Positions 35,030 through 43,388 of a DNA stretch of 64,000 nucleotides are shown here, one piece after another. Numbering within the stretch: the first letter of the stretch is position 1; each line of letters starts with the position of its first letter. Made by a program: the position numbers and the translations under genes. The stretch is from Oscillospiraceae bacterium (lineage in GTDB: Bacteria; Bacillota; Clostridia; Christensenellales; Aristaeellaceae). The stretch covers positions 24,817-88,816 of the forward strand of contig JAITHB010000033.1 of the NCBI GenBank assembly GCA_031280145.1. Reading direction: 5' to 3'. The notes beneath the pieces are model-generated. The model had not been told where the DNA came from. It saw only the letters and a program-made list of their open reading frames with translations, and ran no database searches.

Positions 35030-37288
35030 ATGCGATACGCCAACGTAATAGTGGACATAGCTTCGCCTGACACCGCGAAGACATACACCTACGCCATACC
35101 CGACGGAATGGACATTCAATCGGGCATGCGCGTAGCCGCGCCGTTCGGTCACCGCGAGATAGAGGGATACGTTCTCACGCTGTGCGGCGAATGCGATTTG
35201 CCGCCCGAAAAAGTGAAACCGATAACGCGTCATCTGGACGAAGGCGACGCGCCCGCCATGCTGCCCGAACTCATGGAACTGGCAAAGTGGATGGAAGGAC
35301 AGTACGCCTGTCTGCCCGTCGAAGCGCTGCGTCTGCTGATACCCGCGCAAATGCGCGAAGGCAGGATAAAGAAGAAAGAGAAAGACTTCGTCTCCCTTTC
35401 CGCCGCGCTGACGGGCGAGAACGGTTACGGCGAAGCGATAGCCAAGCTTACAAGCAGACGCGCGGCGCGGCAGATTGAAACGCTCGCAAAGCTTCGCGAA
35501 GCGTATCCGAGTCCGCTTGAGCGCAGCCTGCTTCCTTCAGCCGCGGTGAAATCGCTTGTGGAAGCGGGATACATAAAGATAGCGAACGAGGAAGTTCTGC
35601 GCCGCCCAAGCGTTGAAGCGATTCCGATTGTTCCCGACCCCGAGCTTACGCGCCATCAGTCGCAGGTTCTGTCCGAACTGTCGGACGCGTTAAACGGAAA
35701 CAGTGGAAGCGGCGGAGCGTTCCTTCTGCACGGCGTAACAGGCAGCGGTAAGACGGAGGTATATATACGTCTCGCCAAGCTTGCGCTGGAGACGGGCAAG
35801 GGCGTTATCGTGCTGGTGCCTGAGATCGCGCTCACGCCGCAGATGACGAGCTGGTTCCACGCAAGGTTCGGCGACAACGCCGCCGTTCTGCACAGCAAGC
35901 TCACGAGCGGCGAACGCTTCGACGAGTGGCGGCGCATAAGGCGCGGCGACGCGCGCGTGGTAATCGGCGCGCGCTCCGCAGTGTTCGCGCCCGTAGAGCG
36001 GCTGGGCGTTATCGTTGTGGATGAGGAACACGAGCAAAGCTACCAATCGGAACGGCACCCGTGCTACGACGCTCGCGAGGTGGCGGAACACCGTTGCAAG
36101 CAGGCGGGCGCGGTTCTTCTGCTGTCGTCCGCCACGCCGTCGCTCCCCGATTTCAAACGAGCCATGAGCAATACGGATGGGCTGAAGCTGCTCACAATGC
36201 CCAAGCGCGTACTGGACAGACCTCTGCCCGAAGCCGAGCTGATAGACATGCGGCGCGAAATAATGCGCGGGAACTTCTCCGTTTTATCCGGCAGGCTGGC
36301 GAAGCTGCTCTCCGATTGCGTACGGCGCGGCGACCAAGCGATTCTTTTGATGAACCGCCGCGGGCATTCCACGTTCATCTCGTGCCGCGAATGCGGATAT
36401 GTCGAGCGGTGCGAGCAATGCGACGTATCTATGACATACCACCAAAAGGGCGACGTACTGCGCTGTCACTATTGCAGCGCGGAGCGTCGGCCGCCGACCG
36501 TCTGCCCGTCGTGCGGCGGCAAGTATATCCGCTTCTTCGGGGCGGGTACGCAGAAGGTCGAAGAAGCCGTATTGCAGCTTCTGCCGGGCGTATCGCTTAT
36601 CCGCATGGATTCCGACACCGCGCGCGCTTCCGCGAACGGATATGTCGAACTTCTGCATAAGTTCCGTGAAGGCGAAGCCTCAATCATGATAGGCACGCAG
36701 ATGATAGCCAAAGGGCTGGACTTCCCCGACGTGACGCTGGTAGGCGTTATCGCGGCGGACGCGACGCTTCACCTTCCCGACTACCGAAGCCCCGAACGCG
36801 CGTTCCAGCTTATCACGCAGGCGGCGGGCAGGGCGGGGCGCTCCGTTAAGAAGGGACGCGTGGTAATACAGTGCTACGACCCCGAACATTACGCGATAGC
36901 CTCCGCGCGCGAGCAGGATTACCGCCGTTTCTACGAGGAAGAGATAGTGCACAGGAAGAACGGACTGTATCCGCCGTACACGAAGATGACGCGCCTTCTT
37001 TACGAAGGGGAAAATCCGGGGCTTGTCGCGGAAGCTTGCGACCGCCACTACGAGCAGATGAAACAGTTCTTTGACAAGAACAAACAGCTTCGCCGCGGGC
37101 TTGTTCACATGAACGCGCGTCCCGCGCCGATTCAATACATAAAAGGACAGACGCGGTGGCAGCTTTTCCTCAAGCTTTATACAAGCGGAAGCTTTCCCGC
37201 AATCATCGCGAAGCTGCGCGAATTTGAGACGAACACGCCCGAGGGCGTTTCTGTTGCATTGCAGATTGATCCGCCGTCGCTTCTGTAA
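35030..37288 (+). CDS. priA: Primosomal protein N' (replication restart helicase PriA)
   Basis: Start set to ATG 35030 (MRYANVIVDIA, the canonical PriA N-terminus); the track start is 34997. Walker A GVTGSGKTEVY, DEEH box, and Cys-rich zinc region CRECG..CEQC..CHYC..CPSCGG. Confidence 0.93.
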   Translation: MRYANVIVDIASPDTAKTYTYAIPDGMDIQSGMRVAAPFGHREIEGYVLTLCGECDLPPEKVKPITRHLDEGDAPAMLPELMELAKWMEGQYACLPVEALRLLIPAQMREGRIKKKEKDFVSLSAALTGENGYGEAIAKLTSRRAARQIETLAKLREAYPSPLERSLLPSAAVKSLVEAGYIKIANEEVLRRPSVEAIPIVPDPELTRHQSQVLSELSDALNGNSGSGGAFLLHGVTGSGKTEVYIRLAKLALETGKGVIVLVPEIALTPQMTSWFHARFGDNAAVLHSKLTSGERFDEWRRIRRGDARVVIGARSAVFAPVERLGVIVVDEEHEQSYQSERHPCYDAREVAEHRCKQAGAVLLLSSATPSLPDFKRAMSNTDGLKLLTMPKRVLDRPLPEAELIDMRREIMRGNFSVLSGRLAKLLSDCVRRGDQAILLMNRRGHSTFISCRECGYVERCEQCDVSMTYHQKGDVLRCHYCSAERRPPTVCPSCGGKYIRFFGAGTQKVEEAVLQLLPGVSLIRMDSDTARASANGYVELLHKFREGEASIMIGTQMIAKGLDFPDVTLVGVIAADATLHLPDYRSPERAFQLITQAAGRAGRSVKKGRVVIQCYDPEHYAIASAREQDYRRFYEEEIVHRKNGLYPPYTKMTRLLYEGENPGLVAEACDRHYEQMKQFFDKNKQLRRGLVHMNARPAPIQYIKGQTRWQLFLKLYTSGSFPAIIAKLREFETNTPEGVSVALQIDPPSLL

Positions 37289-37289
37289 T

Positions 37290-37772
37290 TTATCTGCGAA
37301 GCGTCCTGCCAAATCCCTTGTCTATGTATTCCTTAATTTGATTGAAGCAGCCTTGATATTCCTCATATGTTCCCATACACGGGTCGGGTATGTCGCGCGC
37401 CGTTCCGTCCGCCCATTGGGAAAGCGTCATGCTGCGCTCCTGCGGCGCGATTCTGCGGACTGCCGCAAGATGACCTTCGGTCATCGCTATCACCGTCGCA
37501 CCTCGTGCTAACTCCGCCGTGAAGCGGCGCGTCTTATGGTTGGCGAGCGAAAGACCCGCGTCGGCGCAAGCCTTGCTCGACCCCGCAGACGCGGAATAAC
37601 CGCCGCCCGTCGCGATTCCCGCGGACATTATTGTAAAGCGCGGCGCGTGTTCCGGAAGATTGCGGGCAATCCAGTCGCGGGCTAACGCTTCCGCAATTGG
37701 GCTTCTGCACGTGTTGCCCGTGCAGACGAATATGTATGTATATGGCGTTGAATCTATATTTTTATATATCAT
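37290..37772 (-). CDS. Low-molecular-weight protein-tyrosine phosphatase / ArsC-like family
   Basis: 160 aa. P-loop FVCTGNTCRSP (CX5R-S) and general-acid DIPDP. Confidence 0.85.
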   Translation of the reverse strand: MIYKNIDSTPYTYIFVCTGNTCRSPIAEALARDWIARNLPEHAPRFTIMSAGIATGGGYSASAGSSKACADAGLSLANHKTRRFTAELARGATVIAMTEGHLAAVRRIAPQERSMTLSQWADGTARDIPDPCMGTYEEYQGCFNQIKEYIDKGFGRTLRR

Positions 37773-37774
37773 AA

Positions 37775-39181
37775 CTATCTTGCGGTGAAGTCATAGTAAA
37801 CGTGCTTCAATTCCGGCGTTTCCTCCGCAATCCGCTCCGCCACGCGCCCTATGAGGTCGAACGGAAGACGCGCCGCCTGCGAGTTATCGCCGCTTGTCAG
37901 CGCGCGGAGGACGGCGGTATCTCCGCCGCACCCCTCAAGCGAAACATAGTATTGGCTCAGCTTGCGCTCCTGCCCCGCGCGCTCGATTTCCTCCGAGAAT
38001 ATCGCGTCCGCTTTGCGCAGAAGCTCAAGCGTCCGCGCGTCAGCCGCGCCGCAAATCCGCCCCGCAAAGCCCGTCGTCGGGAACGATTGCGCGTGAACCA
38101 GCGAATGCGGAAGCCCCAGCAGCTCGCCGACGTCGCGCACCTCGTCCTTGAACAATTCTATCAGCGGTTCGATAAGGCTTTGGAACGGCGGAACGTTTCG
38201 CGATAACGAATCGCAGGCGTCGTCTGTCAGAAGCTCTGAGTAATTCGTGCCAAGCAGAAGAAACGCGTTTTGAGTTTCGCCGCCGAGACTGTTCGCCAGA
38301 ACTTCTCGAATCGTGTCTGAAACTATCTCAAACTTTTCGTCTTTATCCAAAACGCCTTCAAGGTTCGCAAGGAACGTGTCCTTTGCGTCAATCCGCACCA
38401 ATTCCAGCTTGAGCGTGTTTTTGCAGAACTGCTCGATCTGCCTGTCGTTGTTAACTTTAGCCAGCCCGCTGTCGATGTATACGGGAATCAGCCGCTCGCC
38501 GACAGCCTTCGCGCCGAGCATCGCGCACACGGAGGAATCAACGCCGCCCGACAGCGCGCACACAACCTTGCGGTCTTCCGCTATGCGCGCAATCTCCGTG
38601 ACGGTGCGCTCAACGAACGCTTCCGCCGACCACCACGCCGTGCAGCCGCAAATTTTCCTGCAAAAGTTCGTAAGAATTATTACGCCGTCAGGGTCGTTGC
38701 GCTCAATCGTAAACTGCAAGCCGTACAGCTTGTTCTCGTTATCCGCGAAGCCGACCGACGAACCGTTAACCCGCGCAATCGAGACGAGCCGTTCAGGCAG
38801 ATGAGTTTTACACGCGCTGGGAAACCAGCGTTCCCCGTCCGTAACATCCTCAAACAGCACCGCTTCATCATACGTTACCGTTTCAGCCGCCTTGGTGAGC
38901 AGCATGGATTCGCACGCCGCGCCAAGATGTACCGCGAGCGCGCGAGCCGCTCCCGAAAGCGCCAGCATCGGGAGCCCCAGCTTCAGTATCGCGGGGTCGA
39001 TTGAGGTAAGCGACTTGTCGTCGCCCACCCAGATTATGCCGCTTGGGTCTTCCTGCATTACGTCGTTTGCGGAAGCGTCGCCGCGAAGAATTTTGCAGTA
39101 GATATTGGATGAACGCAGACGCCTTGCGATGGCGATGCTGCCCGATGTATCCATATCCAGCACAAGGATTTTGTCCAGCAT
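37775..39181 (-). CDS. GMP synthase (GuaA)-like protein with degenerate glutaminase domain and altered C-terminus
   Basis: 468 aa. N-terminus ILVLDMDTSGSIAIARRLR resembles class-I GATase, but the nucleophile position reads LALSGAAR (Ser for Cys) and QFHPE reads QFTIE. ATP-PPase P-loop SGGVDSSV is intact. IEPLIELFKDEVRDVGELLGLP is conserved, but the protein ends YYDFTAR without KPPxTIEWE. Confidence 0.7.
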   Translation of the reverse strand: MLDKILVLDMDTSGSIAIARRLRSSNIYCKILRGDASANDVMQEDPSGIIWVGDDKSLTSIDPAILKLGLPMLALSGAARALAVHLGAACESMLLTKAAETVTYDEAVLFEDVTDGERWFPSACKTHLPERLVSIARVNGSSVGFADNENKLYGLQFTIERNDPDGVIILTNFCRKICGCTAWWSAEAFVERTVTEIARIAEDRKVVCALSGGVDSSVCAMLGAKAVGERLIPVYIDSGLAKVNNDRQIEQFCKNTLKLELVRIDAKDTFLANLEGVLDKDEKFEIVSDTIREVLANSLGGETQNAFLLLGTNYSELLTDDACDSLSRNVPPFQSLIEPLIELFKDEVRDVGELLGLPHSLVHAQSFPTTGFAGRICGAADARTLELLRKADAIFSEEIERAGQERKLSQYYVSLEGCGGDTAVLRALTSGDNSQAARLPFDLIGRVAERIAEETPELKHVYYDFTAR

Positions 39182-39192
39182 AATATCCTCCT

Positions 39193-41001
39193 CTACTCTC
39201 CGCGCTTAAGTTTTTCCGTTTCAAGGCAGGGGAACTGCGCGACGCGAAGCATGGTTCTGCCATATGGCACAAGCTTTATTTTTTCCGCTTTCCCCGCATC
39301 CGCTACTCTTCTTGAAATGTGCGGGGGAGCCTCCGCTATTGCGTGCTTCGCGTTCCACGACGGCACTTCAAACGCTTCTGTTTCGTACAAAGCGTCGCCA
39401 AGCTTCGTCGGGGCGGAATCGCCGCGTATTCCATACGCCCACTTGTCATCGCTCGTCAATTCCATCGAAGAACCGTCGGGCGACAGCGACTGTTTTTCCG
39501 TAAGCGGCAGCGCAAGCAAGACAGGTCCCGCAAAGTATGAAGCGGAAGACGCGCCGGTCTTCTCCAAGCGCAGCTCGTTTGGGAACATAATCTCAACAAC
39601 GTCGCCCGTATGCCACTCGCGGGATATTACAGCATAACTGTTATGCGTATCTTCAATTAGTTCGCCGTTAACTCTGATTATCCTTGTTTTTCTTGAAAAT
39701 CCCGGAATACGCACAAGCAAGTCCAACCTAAGCTGCGAAGAAACGGTGATCGCAAGCTTTGTATTGCAGCCGAGCGGATAGTCTGTCTCTAGCTCCGCGG
39801 CAAAGCTGATTCCGACAAAGCTTGTCTTGACGGACGCGACAGGGAAATTCAAAATAAGCGCGCCATCCGCAACCAGCCACGCGTTTGACGCAAAGTGCGA
39901 CAGCGCGCCCGCAATCGCAGCCGCGGTTTCAATCTGAGCGGAAATCTTCTTGTACATAACCGCGGTGCCGTCAAGGCTGTACGCCGCGCGTCTGTCGTAA
40001 ACGCAGGATATCTGGTTCACTCGCTGCGCTTCCTGAACGAACCCATCCCGCACGGCGGACGGCAAAAGGTTCACGGCGATGCGTTCCGCCGCGTCCATCA
40101 AGTCACCCGCGGACGCGCTCATCGGGTTAATTCTCACTATATCAAGCAGACTGCGAATCGTTTCGCAAGCCGCGTTAATCCAAATTAGGCGCGAAGGCTC
40201 GCGTCCCGCGAGGTGCATGTCTGATGTAAACGTTATCGCGGCGCCATGGTGCTTCATCAGCTTTGCGTATCCGAGTTCAGCCGCGTCGCTGTCTTTCTTC
40301 ATGCCGCTAATAATGCATCTATACGCGGACGCGCGAAGACCCATCGCCGCAATATCGCCTCGCGCAGTCAGCGTGTTTTGCGTATATACATCGATCTCTG
40401 ACGCGGAGCTGTACTGCATATCGTTGATCCCCGCAAGTATCCGCGCCGTCTGTTCGGGCGGCATTGCGCGGCGCATAGGCTCCGTATGAGGGAACGCGTT
40501 AAAGTATGAAGAGTAATCAAAGCCTATCTTTATCCATCGTTCCGCAAGCGCGAGAAGCTGCGGCTTCTTCGTCTCCTCATATGAAAACAAGCAGAGTGAA
40601 ACTATCTCACCGTATTGCATAAGCGTCAGCGCGGGAATTTTCCGCTTCTCGTTGAGCGCTTTCATCTGCCGCGCAAGATAGGTCGTGATATAGCGCAGCG
40701 CGGCGTCGGCATGGCTTATTGAATAATAGCGCATTGCAGCGCGCGGCTTCACATACGAATACGGAGCGAGCGCGTCGCCTTCATACGGTTTTTCGCAAAG
40801 CCGCCTGAATATCTCGTTCGCGCGATCCGCGCCTTCGCCCGACTGATACGCAAGCGGAAGGATATCAAAAGCCGCGTCGGGGAGCGATTCGCTCTCGTTA
40901 AGTATTGCGCCGATAAGCGGCATGGCAATACCGCGAAGCCAATCGGTCGTTTTGATTTCGCATAAGGTCGGCATGTGATAATCTGTGCTGCTGGTTGGCA
41001 T
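39193..41001 (-). CDS. DUF1680/GH127-like protein (divergent; function uncertain)
   Basis: 602 aa. The alpha-helical N-terminal two thirds contains an ACET segment. The C-terminal beta-sandwich signature LLVRIPGFS...VNGE...YAVISREWHTGDVVEIMFP...LVPYGRTMLRVAQFP resembles the GH127 family pattern. Assignment is from memory of family motifs only. Confidence 0.45.
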   Translation of the reverse strand: MPTSSTDYHMPTLCEIKTTDWLRGIAMPLIGAILNESESLPDAAFDILPLAYQSGEGADRANEIFRRLCEKPYEGDALAPYSYVKPRAAMRYYSISHADAALRYITTYLARQMKALNEKRKIPALTLMQYGEIVSLCLFSYEETKKPQLLALAERWIKIGFDYSSYFNAFPHTEPMRRAMPPEQTARILAGINDMQYSSASEIDVYTQNTLTARGDIAAMGLRASAYRCIISGMKKDSDAAELGYAKLMKHHGAAITFTSDMHLAGREPSRLIWINAACETIRSLLDIVRINPMSASAGDLMDAAERIAVNLLPSAVRDGFVQEAQRVNQISCVYDRRAAYSLDGTAVMYKKISAQIETAAAIAGALSHFASNAWLVADGALILNFPVASVKTSFVGISFAAELETDYPLGCNTKLAITVSSQLRLDLLVRIPGFSRKTRIIRVNGELIEDTHNSYAVISREWHTGDVVEIMFPNELRLEKTGASSASYFAGPVLLALPLTEKQSLSPDGSSMELTSDDKWAYGIRGDSAPTKLGDALYETEAFEVPSWNAKHAIAEAPPHISRRVADAGKAEKIKLVPYGRTMLRVAQFPCLETEKLKRGE

Positions 41002-41024
41002 TCTGTTTCCTTATTATTATATTG

Positions 41025-41957
41025 TCAGAACATTTTCTTGCGCCAAAGAATTACGGTGCACACTAACGAAATGGCGACAGAAACGGTCAAAACTATATAG
41101 AAGCCGTGCGTGGTATCCTGGAACGGCACGCTCACGTTCATACCCCACAGCGACGAAATGAGCGTGGGTATCGAGATAATGAGCGTCAGCGACGTGAGAA
41201 CCTTCATCACGATATTCAGATTGTTTGAAATGACGGACGCGAACGCGTCCATCGTGCCGGACAGAATGTCGCGGTAAATTCCGCACATCTCGATCGCTTG
41301 CTTGTTATCTATAATAACGTCGCCCAAAAGGTCGGTGTCGTCGGGATATTTCTCGATATGCTCCTGCCGAAGCATACGTTCCAATACCGCCTCGTTCGCC
41401 TTAAGCGACGTGGAGAAGTAAACCAGCGACTTCTCAAGCCCGAGCATCAAAAGAAGCTCCTTGTTCTTCATCGATAGATACAGGGCTTTTTCGACGCGGT
41501 TCTTCGCTTTGTCTATCTGCTTGAGGTACGCCAAAAACTTACCCGTGACGCGCGACAGAATCTGAAGGATGAACCGCGTGCGCTTGGCGGTTGAAAAGCC
41601 TCGCACCCTGTGGTCTATGAAGTCGGAGAGAACGGTAAGCTCGCGCGAGCAAACGGTTATCAGCACGTCCTTCGCCAAGATAATCGACAGCGGAATCGTG
41701 GAATAAACGAAGGCTTGATTTTCCGTTTCCACAATGGGAGTGTCGACGACCAGCAGCGTCACGCAGTCGTCGTTATCGATGTGCGCGCTTTCTTCCTCAT
41801 CCAACGCCGCCTGAAGAAACGTCATCGGAACTTTATACTCTTCTTTGATGAGGTTTATTTCTTCGAGCGTCGGCGAAACCATATCAATCCAGCAGCCCGG
41901 CTGATGGTCTTGCAATTCTTCTATTTGATCGTTGACAGTCTTAAAGTAACGAAGCAT
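41025..41957 (-). CDS. corA: CorA-family magnesium/cobalt transporter
   Basis: 310 aa with a cytoplasmic funnel domain, two C-terminal TM segments and the WGMNV (GMN) motif. Confidence 0.92.
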   Translation of the reverse strand: MLRYFKTVNDQIEELQDHQPGCWIDMVSPTLEEINLIKEEYKVPMTFLQAALDEEESAHIDNDDCVTLLVVDTPIVETENQAFVYSTIPLSIILAKDVLITVCSRELTVLSDFIDHRVRGFSTAKRTRFILQILSRVTGKFLAYLKQIDKAKNRVEKALYLSMKNKELLLMLGLEKSLVYFSTSLKANEAVLERMLRQEHIEKYPDDTDLLGDVIIDNKQAIEMCGIYRDILSGTMDAFASVISNNLNIVMKVLTSLTLIISIPTLISSLWGMNVSVPFQDTTHGFYIVLTVSVAISLVCTVILWRKKMF

Positions 41958-42034
41958 TGATTATGCCAATCCCTTCAACGAATCCATATAGAATTCTGAC
42001 TTAATACTTCTTATTTTTCCCATTTAACTGTTTC

Positions 42035-42063
42035 ATTATAAACAAATTGTGAATATGTGTCAA
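42035..42063 (-). promoter_or_regulatory. Consensus sigma-70 promoter (TTGACA-17 nt-TATAAT) upstream of corA
   Basis: Reverse strand: TTGACA (42063-42058), 17-nt spacer, TATAAT (42040-42035). Leader is about 70 nt. Confidence 0.7.
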
Positions 42064-42080
42064 TCTTCCATAAACGGCAA

Positions 42081-42695
42081 TCACTTTCTCCCGCCGCAAA
42101 CGATAACCCAATATCCCTTGTCGCGCGATTCACGCTCGACGCTCGCGAACACTTCCGCAAGATAGCGCATCATCGATTCCGCGCCCTGCTTCTTCCGTAT
42201 GACGAGCGCAAGCTTTCCTTCCGCCGCAAGCTTCCGGGCCGCGCCGCGGATTATCTCGCGCACCTTCTCCTTGCCCGCGCGAATCGGCGGGTTCAGCACA
42301 ATCCAATCGAACGCCCCGTCAACTGACGACGCACCGTCCGACACAAAAGCTTCCGCCGCCTGTTTGTTCAGGCGCAGATTCTCGCGCGTCAGCTCAACGC
42401 AGCGAGGATTAATATCCGCAAACGTCAATGTAAGATTTGGATAAATCTTCTTAAGAATTATCCCGATTGCGCCCCAACCGCAGCCCAAGTCGAGCACGCT
42501 TCCCGCCAAGTCAATATCGCAGAGCGTGTCGAGCAGAACGCGGCTGCCTTCGTCAAGCTTGCTCCGCGAGAACACGCCGCTGTCCGTCTTAAACGCAAAC
42601 TCGAATCCCGCGTAAGGCAGCGTAAACTCCCGCGTTTCATGTTCGTCCGCGGCGGGCGGCGTAAAATAATGTGAGAACTCAGCCACGCAAACCAA
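42081..42695 (-). CDS. Class I SAM-dependent methyltransferase, RsmC/RsmD-like (MTS small domain)
   Basis: 204 aa. TDSGVFS, motif I VLDLGCGWG, motif IV NPPIRAG. TTG/GTG start lies inside the 3' end of rsuA. Confidence 0.8.
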   Translation of the reverse strand: MVCVAEFSHYFTPPAADEHETREFTLPYAGFEFAFKTDSGVFSRSKLDEGSRVLLDTLCDIDLAGSVLDLGCGWGAIGIILKKIYPNLTLTFADINPRCVELTRENLRLNKQAAEAFVSDGASSVDGAFDWIVLNPPIRAGKEKVREIIRGAARKLAAEGKLALVIRKKQGAESMMRYLAEVFASVERESRDKGYWVIVCGGRK

Positions 42696-43380
42696 CGCTC
42701 CTATACAACGATTCTTCTTCTTCGCGCGTCAGCGGACGAACGCCGCCTTCTTCCATACCGCCCAATACCAAATCTCCGACGGAAAGCCTGCGAAGCCGCT
42801 CGACGTATATTCCGCGCGCCGCGAACATCCGCTTCACCTGGTGATACTTGCCCTCCGTCACAGTTACATACGCGGAATACTCGTCCTCGCCGCGCTCGAG
42901 CTTCGCGGGCAGCGCGGTGAAGTCCTTCAGCGCGACGCCGCTTTTAAACGATTCAATATCTTTATCGGAAATCGGTTTATCAATACGCGCCAGATAACGC
43001 TTTTCAACATGGTACTTCGGGCTGATGACACGGTGCGCAAGTCCGCCGTCGCTTGTGAACAGCAGAAGCCCTGTCGTGTCTTTGTCCAGCCTGCCGATCG
43101 GCATAAACTTTGCGAAACGGTTCGGCAGAAGGTCGCAGACGGTTCGGCACGCGGAATCCTCCGCCGCGGTGAGGAATCCCGCGGGCTTATCCATCATGAT
43201 AACGCGCACCTGTTCCGCTGAAACCGGCGCGCCGTCAACCGTCACGCCATCGCCTTGCACGTGTAACCCAGCGCCGCTCACAATGCTTCCATAAACAGAA
43301 ACAGCGCCGCTGCTAATCAGGCGGCGCGATTCCTTCCTTGTTATCGCGAGACAATCCGACAGATACTTATCTATCCGCAC
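42679..43380 (-). CDS. rsuA: Pseudouridine synthase, RsuA/RluB family (S4 domain plus catalytic domain)
   Basis: 233 aa, GTG start. RIDKYLSDCLAITRKESRRLI (S4 domain) and catalytic GRLDKDTTGLLLFTSDG. Confidence 0.88.
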   Translation of the reverse strand: MRIDKYLSDCLAITRKESRRLISSGAVSVYGSIVSGAGLHVQGDGVTVDGAPVSAEQVRVIMMDKPAGFLTAAEDSACRTVCDLLPNRFAKFMPIGRLDKDTTGLLLFTSDGGLAHRVISPKYHVEKRYLARIDKPISDKDIESFKSGVALKDFTALPAKLERGEDEYSAYVTVTEGKYHQVKRMFAARGIYVERLRRLSVGDLVLGGMEEGGVRPLTREEEESLYRSVGLRG

Positions 43381-43388
43381 CGTTTGCT

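Noticed and set aside
41958-42034. Possible M-box (Mg2+) riboswitch upstream of corA
   Set aside because: The leader from the consensus promoter is only about 70 nt, much shorter than an M-box aptamer, and it is AT-rich without evident multi-helix structure.
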